Source: Spirochaetia bacterium
GTDB taxonomy: Bacteria > Spirochaetota > Spirochaetia > UBA9216
NCBI GenBank assembly: GCA_965140585.1
Contig: OZ223265.1
Location: forward strand, 96,001-160,000
DNA length: 64,000 nucleotides
Reading direction: 5' to 3'
Shown: piece after piece, positions 9,508 to 19,413 of the stretch
Layout: every line of letters begins with the position of its first letter
How positions within the stretch are numbered: position 1 is the first letter of the stretch
Notes under the pieces: generated by a model
What the model was told of the DNA's origin: nothing
The model's database searches: none
Seen by the model: only the letters and a program-made list of their open reading frames with translations
Program-made: the position numbers and the translations under genes

Positions 9508-10728
9508 TTACTTTTCCTGACGATATCCCGACAGAAAATCTGTCATCTCTGCAGCAGCCCTTTCAAGTTCCTTCACGACCGGAAGAAAAACCAGCCTGAA
9601 ATGATCCGGTTTTTTCCAGTTAAAACCGGTTCCCTGAACAAGAAGAATGTGTTTACTTCTCAGAAAATCAAGAACAAACTGCATATCATCAGTAATATTA
9701 AATTTCTCAGTATCAATTTTGGGGAAGCAGTATAGCGCCCCTTTGGGTTTCACACAACTGATCCCCGGGATTTCATTAAATAGCTTCCAGGCTGCGTTGC
9801 GCTGCTCATAAAGCCGGCCGCCCGGAACAATAAGTTCGGTTATACTCTGGTAACCGCCCAGGCTGGTCTGAACTGCAAACTGGGCCGGAACATTCGCGCA
9901 TAACCTCATATTTGAGAGGATGTTAAGCCCTTCAATATAGTCAGCCGCAATCCGCTTGTTTCCGCTTAAGATCATCCACCCTGCCCTGAATCCCGGAGCA
10001 CGGTAGACCTTAGACAGCCCACCGAAAGTAATAAAAAATACATCATCAGCCAGTGAGGCCGGAGATATGTAAAAATCCTGATCGTAGATGATCTTGTCGT
10101 AGATCTCATCAGAAAAAATGATAAGCTCATGCTTTCTGGCAAGTTCTATCATCTGCTCAAGAATCTCCGGCGGATAGACCGCTCCGGTTGGATTATTCGG
10201 ACTGATTATAACCATTGCCACTGTACTGTCGGTGATCTTCGATTCCATATCGGCAATATCCGGATACCAGTCCGATTCTTCATCACAGAGGTAGTGAACG
10301 GCTTTACCTCCCGACAGAGTGACGGATGCGGTCCAAAGCGGGTAATCAGGCATTGGAACAAGGACTTCATCCCCATTATTTAAAAGACCGTTCATCGTCA
10401 TTGAGATGAGCTCGGACACGCCGTTTCCAAGATAGATATCATCGACATCAACACCCTGAATCCGCTTCTGCTGACAGTTGTGCATTACCGCCTTCCGTGC
10501 AGCGAAAATACCCTTTGAATCAGAGTACCCCTCTGCGTCACGAAGATTCATTATCATGTCACGAACAACTTCATCAGGGGTAAACAGCCCGAAGGGTGCG
10601 GTATTACCGATATTCAGTTTAAGAATGTTAGCGCCTTCAGCCTGAAGTCTTTCGGCCTCAGCCATGATAGGCCCTCTGATGTCGTAGCACACGTTGTCAA
10701 GCTTTGCTGATTTACTGAACTTTCTCAT
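9508..10728 (-). CDS. alaA: PLP-dependent alanine transaminase (AlaA/AlaT type)
   Basis: YDIRGP, KLNIGN, GNGVSELI, PNNPTG, DEIY, GLSKVYRAPGFRAGW. Confidence 0.9.
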   Translation of the reverse strand: MRKFSKSAKLDNVCYDIRGPIMAEAERLQAEGANILKLNIGNTAPFGLFTPDEVVRDMIMNLRDAEGYSDSKGIFAARKAVMHNCQQKRIQGVDVDDIYLGNGVSELISMTMNGLLNNGDEVLVPMPDYPLWTASVTLSGGKAVHYLCDEESDWYPDIADMESKITDSTVAMVIISPNNPTGAVYPPEILEQMIELARKHELIIFSDEIYDKIIYDQDFYISPASLADDVFFITFGGLSKVYRAPGFRAGWMILSGNKRIAADYIEGLNILSNMRLCANVPAQFAVQTSLGGYQSITELIVPGGRLYEQRNAAWKLFNEIPGISCVKPKGALYCFPKIDTEKFNITDDMQFVLDFLRSKHILLVQGTGFNWKKPDHFRLVFLPVVKELERAAAEMTDFLSGYRQEK

Positions 10729-10729
10729 T

Positions 10730-11515
10730 TTATTCTTTGTACATCCATTTTAAAGCATCATTTATTATGCTCCGCAGAAAGAGAATCTGAATATTCTCTT
10801 TTTCTCTTTCAATATGCTTTGCAAAGTCCCCGGCATTCATTGCACTGCCGAGTTTATCTTTTTCCGCTGCAAACTGCACAGAATCAAGTTCATTTTCAAA
10901 GGTTGATGCAAGATACAGCGATACAAGTCTCAGGACAGGATCCTCGGATAAAAACAGGCCTGAAATGATTTCAAGAGCCTCTGTACGCTCGCCAAGCTGC
11001 AGAAGTGCAAAACCAAGATCCCACTTAAGCCAGCCGCTGTTTTTTCCTTTGACATCAGTGTATCTGCTGTAGAATGTCTTCATTGCAGCGGCATCCTGCC
11101 CCAACAGATAGGGAATGCCAAGCTGAACAGCCCATTTGTCGTCTTTTCCGGCATCTAAAAGAGGTTGTTCAAGTTTTTTGAGATCTTCAAGAGATGACGT
11201 TGCAATACAAGTACTGACGTATAGTTTGATGTACAGTCCCAAAAAACGCTTTTTAACAAGCAGCTTGTCTTCAAGATAGCTTTTAAGTGCTGGCCAGTTC
11301 TCGGTTTCCAGGTAATCAAGAAGCTTCCGGTTCATAAAATAAATGATGTTTATGGCGACAAGCAGGACAAAAAAGATCACAGCCAGGTACCAGCTGTCCT
11401 TCCAGAAAACACTTCCGAAATCGCTTCCAAGCATTATTCCCGGCAGCAGAAATATGAGCAGAAATGAAAAAACAATCAGAATATTAAACGAAATAAAAAT
11501 TATCTTAAATTTCAC
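10730..11515 (-). CDS. Hypothetical membrane protein (two N-terminal TM segments, helical soluble domain)
   Basis: Hydrophobic N-terminus, GTG start with an AGGAG RBS, abuts alaA. Confidence 0.75.
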   Translation of the reverse strand: MKFKIIFISFNILIVFSFLLIFLLPGIMLGSDFGSVFWKDSWYLAVIFFVLLVAINIIYFMNRKLLDYLETENWPALKSYLEDKLLVKKRFLGLYIKLYVSTCIATSSLEDLKKLEQPLLDAGKDDKWAVQLGIPYLLGQDAAAMKTFYSRYTDVKGKNSGWLKWDLGFALLQLGERTEALEIISGLFLSEDPVLRLVSLYLASTFENELDSVQFAAEKDKLGSAMNAGDFAKHIEREKENIQILFLRSIINDALKWMYKE

Positions 11516-11634
11516 CTTAAAAACTCCTATAATAAAAAGAAGGGGTACTTTCTGCTCTTTTGTAAAAAATTTACTATAATATTATCAGTAAAGATATTAC
11601 TTTAATATTATAATGGGGTCAACGAGGAATAACA

Positions 11635-12789
11635 ATGAATGAGATATCAATCGGCAACCTGCCTGAAAGGGCATTCACTTCGGAACCAATCTTTCTGGAC
11701 AAGAATTATATACTTCTCAGTCCCGAAACTCCTCTCATTCCCTCGCTGAAAAGAAGACTTGAAGAATGGGGCTTTGCCGCAGTTTACGCAGACATTGAAC
11801 CCGAGTTTACAGAACTTTCAATAAATGAAGAAACAGAAGGTCTCCTTCTTAAAAAGGCAGCTGCAGAATCTGAAGAGGAAAATGAAGCAGTTGTATTCTA
11901 CAGGGAACTGACACAGTTCATGATGTCAATGTTCAATGTTGAAGATCGTAAAGACCCTAAACTTGTCCCGGTAACTGATAAGGTTAAAAAGCTTATAGCC
12001 ATGATGAAAACCCACAAGGAATTTCTTCTTAATCTTGCAGATTTCGGCGATACCGAGGGAGATTACAGTGTTTCCCAGAGTGTGAAAACGGCGATCCTTG
12101 CAATTGCCATGTCTGAAACCCTCAGGTTTCCGGCACACAAGCAGATGGATCTTGGAGTTTCAGCGCTTATGCATCGTATAGGTGTAATGCAGATACCACG
12201 GGAACTCTTCTTTGCTGACCGGGCACTCACCCCCGAAGAAAGAAAAAATATCTCACTGTTTCCGGTTTTAGGATACCGGACACTCAAAGCTGCAGAATTT
12301 CCCCTGCCAATCATCCTTGCGGTTCTTGAGCATCGTGAAAATATTGACGGCTCCGGCTATCCGCGTGGCCTGACAGGCGATAAAATAAGCCTCTATGGTA
12401 AAATCCTGGCTGTCGCCAGTTCCTACTGTGCTGCAGTTTCCAAAAGACCTTTCAGAGAAAACATGGACGGTCATTCCGGAATCATTGATCTGCTTAAAGA
12501 CCGAGGAACCAAGTATGATGAAAAAATACTCAGGGTGCTGCTGCTTACCCTTACGGTCTACCCTATCGGAACCTATGTACGCATGAGCGACGGTTCCATC
12601 GGTATTGTTTACCAGACCAATTCAGAAGAACCCAAATTCCCGGTACTCAAGATGCTCTTTGACGCCAACAGCAGGCTGTATGCCGAAATGCCGATACTTC
12701 ACACCAGTGCGGCCGATGAGGTACAGATAAAGAGAGCCCTGACAAAGGATGAAGTTGAATCTCTCAGACTTGATATTGAAAAAAAATAA
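11635..12789 (+). CDS. HD-GYP domain protein with degenerate metal ligands
   Basis: HRENIDGSGYPRGL retains GYP; the HD dyad reads MHRIG. Confidence 0.85.
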   Translation: MNEISIGNLPERAFTSEPIFLDKNYILLSPETPLIPSLKRRLEEWGFAAVYADIEPEFTELSINEETEGLLLKKAAAESEEENEAVVFYRELTQFMMSMFNVEDRKDPKLVPVTDKVKKLIAMMKTHKEFLLNLADFGDTEGDYSVSQSVKTAILAIAMSETLRFPAHKQMDLGVSALMHRIGVMQIPRELFFADRALTPEERKNISLFPVLGYRTLKAAEFPLPIILAVLEHRENIDGSGYPRGLTGDKISLYGKILAVASSYCAAVSKRPFRENMDGHSGIIDLLKDRGTKYDEKILRVLLLTLTVYPIGTYVRMSDGSIGIVYQTNSEEPKFPVLKMLFDANSRLYAEMPILHTSAADEVQIKRALTKDEVESLRLDIEKK

Positions 12790-12810
12790 CAGGCAGTTTT
12801 CAAATCTATA

Positions 12811-12839
12811 TTGACGATATGCCTGATTTTAATTAGCCT
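12811..12839 (+). promoter_or_regulatory. Candidate sigma70 promoter of the 12891 gene pair
   Basis: TTGACG-N17-TAGCCT. Confidence 0.45.
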
Positions 12840-12890
12840 GTATCTCCGAATTAACGGTAAAACGATAATCAACCAATTACGAGGTCTCTG

Positions 12891-13883
12891 TTGTTGAACA
12901 CCACTATAAATGATGTTATGGCAGAAATAATCGCTCCTGCAACTTCTGAACTGACAGATCCTGAGATTTTGATAATCAGAGATGCGTTTGAAGCGGTAAC
13001 TAACGGAATGCATAATCCGGAAGCCCTTCAGGCTCTTGATTCAGATGTTGCACGTGATGATCTGATGCCATGGAAATATATAATTCATGCTATCCAGTCT
13101 TTCTATGATCGGGATTTTCCCGAAATGGAATCCTACCTTAGCATGGTCGATGATAAAGCTCCTCCTGCACAGCTTAAATCGCTGCTGTTTCATATGTCGG
13201 GGCTTAAGGCTTTTGAACATGAACCATGCTACCGTGAGGAATCTCTGCTTAAAAAAATTACCCGTGAAAGCAGCTACATTTCAAATGTTTCATTAAAACT
13301 CAGGAAAGCTCTTCAGCAGAATGCAGAAGTATTCGCAGAAACCGCCTCCCTGATAATAAAAGAGCTTAAATCACAGAACTTTGAAGCATCAAGAAAGCTG
13401 GCTCTGTGGAGCTTTCGTGAATGTCTTGCACGAGAAATAGATGAGGAACCGCTTGCCGATAATATACTGATGATATTCGGCCAGGCGGAAGGGCTCAGGC
13501 TGATTGCCCTCGGCCTGCTTGAAGAGGATCCGGGTTCATCATTGATCTGTTTCATGCGCTCGCTTGTTAATCGGCTCTCAGAGCGGAATATAACCTCTGA
13601 AGAAACACAGGCATTCCTTGATGTGCTCTGTTCTCTTGCCAATCACTGCAGCACTGATGATTCTGTTATCAGTGAAATTAGCGAGCTGGTCAGACTGCTC
13701 GAATCTGAAATCAGAATCAATTTCAGCATTAGCACAGCCGCTGAATCAGATTCTGCCGTCGAATTGCTTGTCCAAATACGGGAAGCCTTTGATACAGATG
13801 AGCTATATGACTACAGCATCTGTAAACCGGAAGCAGAGAGTCCTGTACAGACAAGGGCTCCGGTTCAGCTGGAATTATTCTGA
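12891..13883 (+). CDS. Hypothetical helical protein ending in QLELF
   Basis: 330-aa ORF; GAGGT RBS 5 nt before the TTG; no recognisable catalytic motif. Confidence 0.75.
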   Translation: MLNTTINDVMAEIIAPATSELTDPEILIIRDAFEAVTNGMHNPEALQALDSDVARDDLMPWKYIIHAIQSFYDRDFPEMESYLSMVDDKAPPAQLKSLLFHMSGLKAFEHEPCYREESLLKKITRESSYISNVSLKLRKALQQNAEVFAETASLIIKELKSQNFEASRKLALWSFRECLAREIDEEPLADNILMIFGQAEGLRLIALGLLEEDPGSSLICFMRSLVNRLSERNITSEETQAFLDVLCSLANHCSTDDSVISEISELVRLLESEIRINFSISTAAESDSAVELLVQIREAFDTDELYDYSICKPEAESPVQTRAPVQLELF

Positions 13884-13891
13884 GGTTAGCA

Positions 13892-14095
13892 ATGAAATAC
13901 ACTAATTTGGATTATGCAGATCTTTTAGACATACACAGAAATCCGGAAGCCAACGCAGGCAGTACAATTCTAAAAGTGCTTTCTCCGGGGCTGCTTGAAA
14001 AACCGGAAGACCTTGAGAAAATGGTATCAGCAAAATACCGTTATACCGGACCGGGAAAATGGTACCGAGTGATAAGGGAAAAATACACAGAATAA
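13892..14095 (+). CDS. Small hypothetical protein (67 aa)
   Basis: GAGGT RBS overlapping the upstream stop; fills the intergenic gap. Confidence 0.6.
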   Translation: MKYTNLDYADLLDIHRNPEANAGSTILKVLSPGLLEKPEDLEKMVSAKYRYTGPGKWYRVIREKYTE

Positions 14096-14139
14096 AATAT
14101 CATTTGAGTTTCAGCTGAATTTGTCCAATAATTAACATT

Positions 14140-15798
14140 ATGAAAGAACTTAATGTTATCCTGCCGGATAAATCCGAAATAAAGGCTGCAGCCGGGACAG
14201 ACTTTTATACACTTTTAAAAGATCACGAAATGCTTGGCAGCGGAGATGAAACTGTTACAGCCGTCCTCGTAAACAACGAGCTTCAAAGCCTGGCCTCTGC
14301 ACTTGTCACAGACTCTGAACTTACCCCTGTTCTGATAAAATCAAACTCCGGAGCGAGAGTTTACCGGAAAACTCTCACTGCGCTTGTCTCAATGGTCTGC
14401 GAACAGCTGTATCCTGATAAAAGGCTTATAATTGGACATTCTCTAAGTACTGGATATTTCTGCTACTTCGATAATGAAACCCAGGTTACAGAAAAACAGC
14501 TGCTGGATATCGAAAGAGAAATGAACAAGCTCATTGAGCAGAACCTGTACATCATTCCGGAACTTATGAACTATCAGGTTGCAGAAAAACTTTTCAGCGG
14601 AAATGAATCAAAGCGCCTGCTTCTTAAATACAAGAACGACGCAGTTCTGCCAGTAATCCGCATTGGAGACTGGGTGGATCTGTCATTTGAACCGCTAATG
14701 CCTCTGACCGGAATGCTTACAACATTTGAAATAATGAGCAATCAGCCAGGCTTTGTACTTCGCTTCCCGCACGCAGGGGCCCCGGGCTGCATCGACACAT
14801 TTGAGGACAATCCCCTGCTCCGTGATATTTACACTGAATACAAAGCCTGGGGAAAGATACTAAATGTGGACAGTGCAGGTAAGTTAAACAGTATTGCAGG
14901 GACAAAGGATGTGCAGCAGTTTATCTGGGTAGCCGAAGCCCTGCATGAGAAAAAGCTTTCGCAGATTGCAGATCAGATAAATGAAAAGCGTGAAGATCTG
15001 CGTGTTGTTCTTATTGCCGGACCTTCATCCTCCGGAAAAACAACATTTACCAAAAAGCTGGCTATTCACCTGAAGGTGCTCGGCTTCAATCCCCTTTTGA
15101 TATCGCTTGATGATTACTACGTTCCGAGGGAACAGACTCCCCGTGACGAAAACGGCGACTACGACTTCGAAGCCCTTGAAGCAATCGATATCAAACTGCT
15201 CAACGATGATCTGCTCTCATTATTCGCCGGGAAGGAAACTGAAATTCCGACCTTTAATTTCAAGACTGGTGAGCGCGAATACAAAGACCACAAAATTCAG
15301 ATGGAGCACAGAAATATTCTGCTTATCGAAGGTATTCACGGCCTGAATGACAGGCTTACCGAACGTATTCCCGCAAGGCAGAAATTCAAAATTTACATCT
15401 CTGCACTGACTCAGCTTAATATTGATGATAACAACCGGATTGCCACTACCGACAACCGGCTTCTCAGGCGTATAGTCAGAGATTCTCAGTTCAGGGGTTA
15501 CGATGCTCTTAAAACACTGGGAATGTGGGGTTCGGTAAGACGGGGTGAAAAGAAGAATATCTTTCCATTTCAGAACAACGCTGATGCAGTTTTCAATTCA
15601 GCCCTTGATTATGAACTGCCGGTTCTTAAAAACCTTGCTATTCCGGTTCTCAAGGCAGTTAAACCCATGAACCGCGAATATGCGGAAGCTGTAAGACTAA
15701 TTTCATTTCTGGATAACTTTATTACAATACAGCCTAAATATGTACCGATGAACTCAATACTCAGAGAGTTCATCGGCGATTCAGGTTTTAAATACTGA
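14140..15798 (+). CDS. Nucleoside kinase family protein (ThrRS-like N-terminal domains fused to a uridine-kinase-like P-loop domain)
   Basis: TGS-like N-terminus, IAGPSSSGKTT, SLDDYY, IEGIHGLN, TDNRLLRRIVRD, SILREFIG. Confidence 0.88.
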   Translation: MKELNVILPDKSEIKAAAGTDFYTLLKDHEMLGSGDETVTAVLVNNELQSLASALVTDSELTPVLIKSNSGARVYRKTLTALVSMVCEQLYPDKRLIIGHSLSTGYFCYFDNETQVTEKQLLDIEREMNKLIEQNLYIIPELMNYQVAEKLFSGNESKRLLLKYKNDAVLPVIRIGDWVDLSFEPLMPLTGMLTTFEIMSNQPGFVLRFPHAGAPGCIDTFEDNPLLRDIYTEYKAWGKILNVDSAGKLNSIAGTKDVQQFIWVAEALHEKKLSQIADQINEKREDLRVVLIAGPSSSGKTTFTKKLAIHLKVLGFNPLLISLDDYYVPREQTPRDENGDYDFEALEAIDIKLLNDDLLSLFAGKETEIPTFNFKTGEREYKDHKIQMEHRNILLIEGIHGLNDRLTERIPARQKFKIYISALTQLNIDDNNRIATTDNRLLRRIVRDSQFRGYDALKTLGMWGSVRRGEKKNIFPFQNNADAVFNSALDYELPVLKNLAIPVLKAVKPMNREYAEAVRLISFLDNFITIQPKYVPMNSILREFIGDSGFKY

Positions 15799-15802
15799 GA
15801 TG

Positions 15803-15827
15803 AGAGCAGGAGACTATCCCCTGCTCT
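15803..15827. terminator. Hairpin between convergent genes
   Basis: AGAGCAGG-N9-CCTGCTCT. Confidence 0.5.
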
Positions 15828-15832
15828 ATCTG

Positions 15833-16582
15833 CTAATCCCAGGTATCATCTTCACTATCGTGCTGTTTTATTGATCCCAGTCCGTCTTTTTCAACATCCA
15901 GACGTCTTACATCACCGGAATATTCCAGTCGTCCAAGACCGCTGATGCGTCCGGCAAGTGTTCCTCCGTCCATATTGATTTCAACATTTCCGGCGCCGTC
16001 AAGGGTGACATCAGCATTCACAATATCACAGCGTTTAAGATCAACGTTCACAGCACCTTCAGATACAAGGTTAAGATTTTCAATTCTAGAATCTTCGCCG
16101 TGAACATTGGCAGCACCTGCAACAACAACATTCAGCTCATCCAGTTCGTAGCCTTCAAAGTTAGCATTGGCTATTCCTTCTACATCAAGAAGTTTCAGAT
16201 CAGGCATATGGATAGTCATGGAAATGCCTGAGTTGGTGTTGTACGGCGGCTTGATAGCCAGAAGAAGTTCATCACCAGATTTTTCAACCCTGCTCTCCTG
16301 TTCATCTTTTTCACTGAAATAGCCGCTTACTGAAAACTCATCATCCTTAATAATAAGAACATCCCAGGCGCCTTCCATTTTAATACTGTCAAAACCGTCA
16401 ATATCAAAAACCTTCTCAGTCTTATCTGTATCCTGATGAAAACTGAACTTTCCGCCTGAGTTTTCAGTCTCTTCAATAACCAGGTATTCTTTTACTATTC
16501 CCCGCAGCGATATCATAAATATCAGCATTACAACAAGCAGCGCAGCTGCAAGAATTAAAATATACTTATTGGAGTTTTTCAT
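15833..16582 (-). CDS. Membrane-anchored DUF2807/GIN-like beta-solenoid protein
   Basis: N-terminal TM; repeated xxGAxNV motifs (GIANA, GAANV, GAVNV, GAGNV, GLGRLEYSG). Confidence 0.75.
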   Translation of the reverse strand: MKNSNKYILILAAALLVVMLIFMISLRGIVKEYLVIEETENSGGKFSFHQDTDKTEKVFDIDGFDSIKMEGAWDVLIIKDDEFSVSGYFSEKDEQESRVEKSGDELLLAIKPPYNTNSGISMTIHMPDLKLLDVEGIANANFEGYELDELNVVVAGAANVHGEDSRIENLNLVSEGAVNVDLKRCDIVNADVTLDGAGNVEINMDGGTLAGRISGLGRLEYSGDVRRLDVEKDGLGSIKQHDSEDDTWD

Positions 16583-16953
16583 TCCGCATCCTCCTGAAGT
16601 TTGTAATCTTCAAACATCACCTTTAATTCATCAAAATCTATCTTCAGCATCTTCAATATTCTGAAAAAATACGGAAGTTCATTCTTTATAAAATCATCCT
16701 TTTTCATTTTTGCAATCAGCTCCCTGGAGTTTTCTCCAACAAAATATCCGATACCCCGTTTATTGAAAATAATTTCTTCATCCTGCAGGTACGAATATGC
16801 CCTCATCACCGTATTTGGATTAACCTCAATCTCAATAGCCATCTCACGTACTGACGGAATACGGTCTTCTTCTTTCCAGCTTCCATTCATAATATTTTCA
16901 CAGATATAATCTGCTATCTGAACATATATCGCTTTCTTTTCCTTAAACTCCAT
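16579..16953 (-). CDS. GntR family regulator, YtrA subfamily
   Basis: IYVQIAD, RIPSVREMA, VNPNTVMRAY, KRGIGYFV; short C-terminal domain. Confidence 0.92.
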   Translation of the reverse strand: MEFKEKKAIYVQIADYICENIMNGSWKEEDRIPSVREMAIEIEVNPNTVMRAYSYLQDEEIIFNKRGIGYFVGENSRELIAKMKKDDFIKNELPYFFRILKMLKIDFDELKVMFEDYKLQEDAE

Positions 16954-17743
16954 CTGAAACCTCCAGTTCTCTAAGTTTCAGCCATGAGCCGAACCAGCAA
17001 ACCGGAGCGAGAAGTCCGAAGTACAGGATTTTTGAGAACAGTGCAAGACTTCCAATAAGTGATTCAAGTCTTGCCGAGTCAAAACCATCAGCCATGGTTA
17101 TATTGAAATCAAAATGACCGCGCATAAGAATCCAGAAATAATCATTAAAAACCAGCCAGCCTACAAGTGACCCCAGTATGGATATTGATATTGAAATCAC
17201 AGCAATCGCAAGTACAGTTTTTATCAGGTTATGGCTCTTAAACCATGCTGCACCGAGCACAAATACTGACTGAATAATTATGTAATGTCCCATAAGTTTC
17301 CAGATAAAGGGATCAAACGGGTTAAACATTGGAAAAGGCTCACCCAGAATAACCCTGACAACAAGAAGTGAGAGCAGGCTGAAAAGGAAATAAAGAACCA
17401 GTGTCAGCAGCAGAAACACAACTGTATGCATGAGAAGCCTTGAAAGGAACTTTTCAAGGGTTGACGCCGGAAGCATCAACCACTCATGGTTTTTAAGTTT
17501 CTTATGTGATTCCCTGAAGGCCGAGGCTGTCGCAATTATCCCAACAACAAAGATCAGGTTAGCCATGAACCCCCTGTGCATTGAGGGATCAAGAGTCTCG
17601 GTTTTTGCACCGATTATTTCCGCCAGAAGATAAAAACCGAAAAACGCACCAATTGTAATAAGATAAACCTTCCAGTTTTTACTGATGTCCTTTTTTATAA
17701 GCCAGTAAATTCTTACCGGATTTAAATAATTATCGAGTGTCAT
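16943..17743 (-). CDS. ABC transporter permease
   Basis: About six TM helices, LMLPASTLEKF motif; coupled to the ABC ATPase. Confidence 0.8.
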   Translation of the reverse strand: MTLDNYLNPVRIYWLIKKDISKNWKVYLITIGAFFGFYLLAEIIGAKTETLDPSMHRGFMANLIFVVGIIATASAFRESHKKLKNHEWLMLPASTLEKFLSRLLMHTVVFLLLTLVLYFLFSLLSLLVVRVILGEPFPMFNPFDPFIWKLMGHYIIIQSVFVLGAAWFKSHNLIKTVLAIAVISISISILGSLVGWLVFNDYFWILMRGHFDFNITMADGFDSARLESLIGSLALFSKILYFGLLAPVCWFGSWLKLRELEVSDGV

Positions 17744-18579
17744 TTTGCACCTCCACCAATAATTGTCTCAAGTGAATCACTGCAGCTGATCACCATATTA
17801 AACAGAAACTCAAGATCAAATTCCCTTCCGCTGCCTTCACCGGATTTAACAGCACAAAGCCATCCTCCAAGTACTTTTTCTGAATATACCGCCTCACCTT
17901 CACCGGGCTGTTTATCAGTCAGTACAAGATCAAGTGAGGAGGTGACATCTTCCATAGTGTGATTAAAGATAATCTTACCATCTTCAACTATAACAATAGG
18001 ATCTATCAGATTTTCCATATCACGTACCTGATGAGTTGAAACCAGAATCAGTCTCTCATCAGATGCCCCTGCAGCAACAAGCCGTCGGAACTGGCTCTTC
18101 GAAGGGATATCAAGCCCATTAGTCGGCTCATCCAGAAGCAGGATGCTTGACCAGGTTGCCAGGCCGAATGCAATCATGAATTTCTTTTTCTGCCCGTATG
18201 ACATAGTGCTTAGTTTCTGCGATGCAGATACTTCAAACTCAGCAGCGCACTCATTAAAAAACTCCCTGCTGAATCTCGGGTAAAAGGGTGAGTATGATTC
18301 TATATACCTGTCACCGGACATTGCCGGGAGATCGAATTCTTCTGGCAGGTAATAAATCTCTGAAAGCATCATAGGACTCCGCTTTCCGGAATCATATCCG
18401 GCAGCCATGCATTCTCCGCCGTGTCTGAAAAGTTCCCCGGCAATCAGTTTAAGCAGACTGGATTTACCGGCGCCGTTTTTGCCAAGAAGGCCGTAGAGTC
18501 CGGGTTCCAGTTCAAGGTTCAAACCGGAAAACAGCTTTTTCTTTTCATAGGAAAAGGAAAGGTCTCTGATTTGTATCAT
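17740..18579 (-). CDS. ABC transporter ATP-binding protein
   Basis: GKNGAGKS, MSYGQKKK, LLLDEPTNGLD, STH. Confidence 0.95.
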   Translation of the reverse strand: MIQIRDLSFSYEKKKLFSGLNLELEPGLYGLLGKNGAGKSSLLKLIAGELFRHGGECMAAGYDSGKRSPMMLSEIYYLPEEFDLPAMSGDRYIESYSPFYPRFSREFFNECAAEFEVSASQKLSTMSYGQKKKFMIAFGLATWSSILLLDEPTNGLDIPSKSQFRRLVAAGASDERLILVSTHQVRDMENLIDPIVIVEDGKIIFNHTMEDVTSSLDLVLTDKQPGEGEAVYSEKVLGGWLCAVKSGEGSGREFDLEFLFNMVISCSDSLETIIGGGAK

Positions 18580-18589
18580 TACATACTCC

Positions 18590-18623
18590 TTATTAGTGTA
18601 CTATATCTCTATTACACTAATAA
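18590..18623. promoter_or_regulatory. YtrA-type operator
   Basis: Perfect inverted repeat TTATTAGTGTA-N12-TACACTAATAA between a minus-strand TTGACA-N17-TACGTT promoter and the RBS. Confidence 0.8.
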
Positions 18624-18687
18624 CGTATATCATCCATTGAAGTTTGTCAACAAATTTCGAAACATATTTGGTAATTTATAAAAGAAT

Positions 18688-19413
18688 TTACTTAAAAAGA
18701 TTCCAGCAGCCTTTAAGGGAATCCGACTGTAAAGATTTTTCAAGAAGCTTCAGAAAGGTTTTTCTGGGTATTTCTTCTGCACCAAGCGACTCAAGATGAG
18801 GTGTTTTAACCTGGCAGTCTATTGCTTTAAAACCTGCTTCCTGAAGTTTCAAAACGAGGCTTATAAACCCGGCCTTTGAAGCATCAGAGACCCTTGCAAA
18901 CATCGATTCACCGAAAAACATGGATCCGATTGAAACACCGTAAAGCCCTCCTACAGGCTCTTCCGGGCACTCACCTGCCGTTGACAGGAATACTTCCACA
19001 GAATGCGCCCAACCAAGCCTGTGAAGCTCTGTATAGGCTTCAATCATCTCAGGGTGAATCCAGGTGCCATCCTCATGGCTTCGTTTTATCGAGGAGCAGG
19101 AGTTAATCACTTTTTCAAAGCAGGTATCGCTTTTTACAATAAACTTACACGAGTCAAGTGTACGCTTCATACGTTTTGAGATATGCAGTCGGTCTGTATA
19201 AAGAATGAATCGAGGATCAGGATTCCACCAAAGAATTTCATTACCTTCTCCATACCAGGGAAAAGCCCCCTGGCTGTAGGCTGAAAGAAGCATCCCCGGA
19301 GACAAATTACCTCCTGCAGCAATTATCCCCTCCCTGATAGAACGCTGAGGTTTGGGAAATTCAAGGAATTCTGATTCAGTCAGATAAGGAAAATCGTTAT
19401 CGGCACTGCTCAT
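18688..19413 (-). CDS. aat: Leucyl/phenylalanyl-tRNA--protein transferase
   Basis: GGNLSP, AYSQGAFPW, WWNPDPR, HSVEV, GGLYGV, FFGESMF, DASK, IDCQ. Confidence 0.96.
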   Translation of the reverse strand: MSSADNDFPYLTESEFLEFPKPQRSIREGIIAAGGNLSPGMLLSAYSQGAFPWYGEGNEILWWNPDPRFILYTDRLHISKRMKRTLDSCKFIVKSDTCFEKVINSCSSIKRSHEDGTWIHPEMIEAYTELHRLGWAHSVEVFLSTAGECPEEPVGGLYGVSIGSMFFGESMFARVSDASKAGFISLVLKLQEAGFKAIDCQVKTPHLESLGAEEIPRKTFLKLLEKSLQSDSLKGCWNLFK

